DNA of 64,000 bases from IMG/VR virus record IMGVR_UViG_3300025816_000002; one strand, written 5' to 3'. This document shows, in pieces, positions 63,784 to 64,000 of this stretch (positions are counted from its first letter, which is position 1; every line of letters starts with the position of its first letter). Source of the stretch: a virus. Both the position numbers and the translations under genes were made by a program. The notes under the pieces are model-generated. The model worked only from the letters and a program-made list of their open reading frames with translations, had not been told where the DNA came from and did no database searches.

Positions 63784-64000
63784 TACTTTTTATCGTAGTA
63801 CATAGTGTGGATTCTCTCCGATCTATTCTGTCTCTCCCATAGTTTCGTATGCGAATACGATCTACCCTTACTACCCGCACCTTTAGCTCTCACTTGGTAC
63901 TTTTTATACTCTTTTGCAGTTAAACCACTACAGTAATCACCCTTAGTTACGGTTGTACGGTGTATTCTCGCATTTTCACTTTGTTTCGCTTTTACATACG
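63774..64000 (-). CDS. 3' part of an early gene entering from the right edge (YVKAKQSENARIHR...YYDKKYTN)
   Basis: 74 open codons from 63998 to TAA at 63776-63774; its stop lies in the N6 spacer of the next promoter, as for two other early genes. Confidence 0.6.
   Translation of the reverse strand, partial: YVKAKQSENARIHRTTVTKGDYCSGLTAKEYKKYQVRAKGAGSKGRSYSHTKLWERQNRSERIHTMYYDKKYTN

Noticed and set aside
1-64000. Stop-codon reassignment as in some crAss-like phages
   Set aside because: Genes are long and intact in code 11, TAG and TGA act as normal stops, and there is no suppressor tRNA
1-64000. CRISPR array, diversity-generating retroelement, integrase, invertase or IS element
   Set aside because: No regularly spaced repeats and no reverse transcriptase, recombinase or transposase motifs; the repeats seen are protein-module or promoter repeats

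Overview
The window looks like an essentially complete lytic tailed-phage genome. It is AT-rich (about one third GC in the lines sampled) and uses the standard genetic code, with no integrase. The host is most likely Bacteroidota/Flavobacteriia, inferred from the lack of Shine-Dalgarno sites, A/T-rich AATTAAATT leaders and an SSB ending in DDLPF. The + strand (453-45431) carries late/virion genes: tail fibre, GroEL/GroES, small basic proteins, holin, head spike base and head fibre, terminase, portal, capsid, crAss-like short-tail proteins, three putative ejection proteins including a 2862-aa polyvalent protein, and an M15 endolysin. The - strand (45667-64000) carries RNR, nucleases, MazG-like enzymes, a ThyA homologue, primase-helicase, SSB, recombination genes, a sigma factor, ligase, small early genes, two tRNAs and a structured RNA. 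The two halves converge on a bidirectional terminator at 45547-45578, and the window ends join in frame. The strongest candidate novel system is a cytosine-modification module: a ThyA homologue with Asp at the Asn177 specificity position, next to a GIY-YIG-MazG fusion and a second NTP-pyrophosphatase-like gene. Other highlights are a ~290-nt structured RNA with a tRNA-like 3' end, nested carbohydrate-binding cassettes in the head fibre, an ADP-ribosyltransferase-like domain inside a HAD domain, a lipoprotein-like ORF nested in the terminase gene, and three families of repeated regulatory DNA. All family assignments are by motif recognition; no database search was run.
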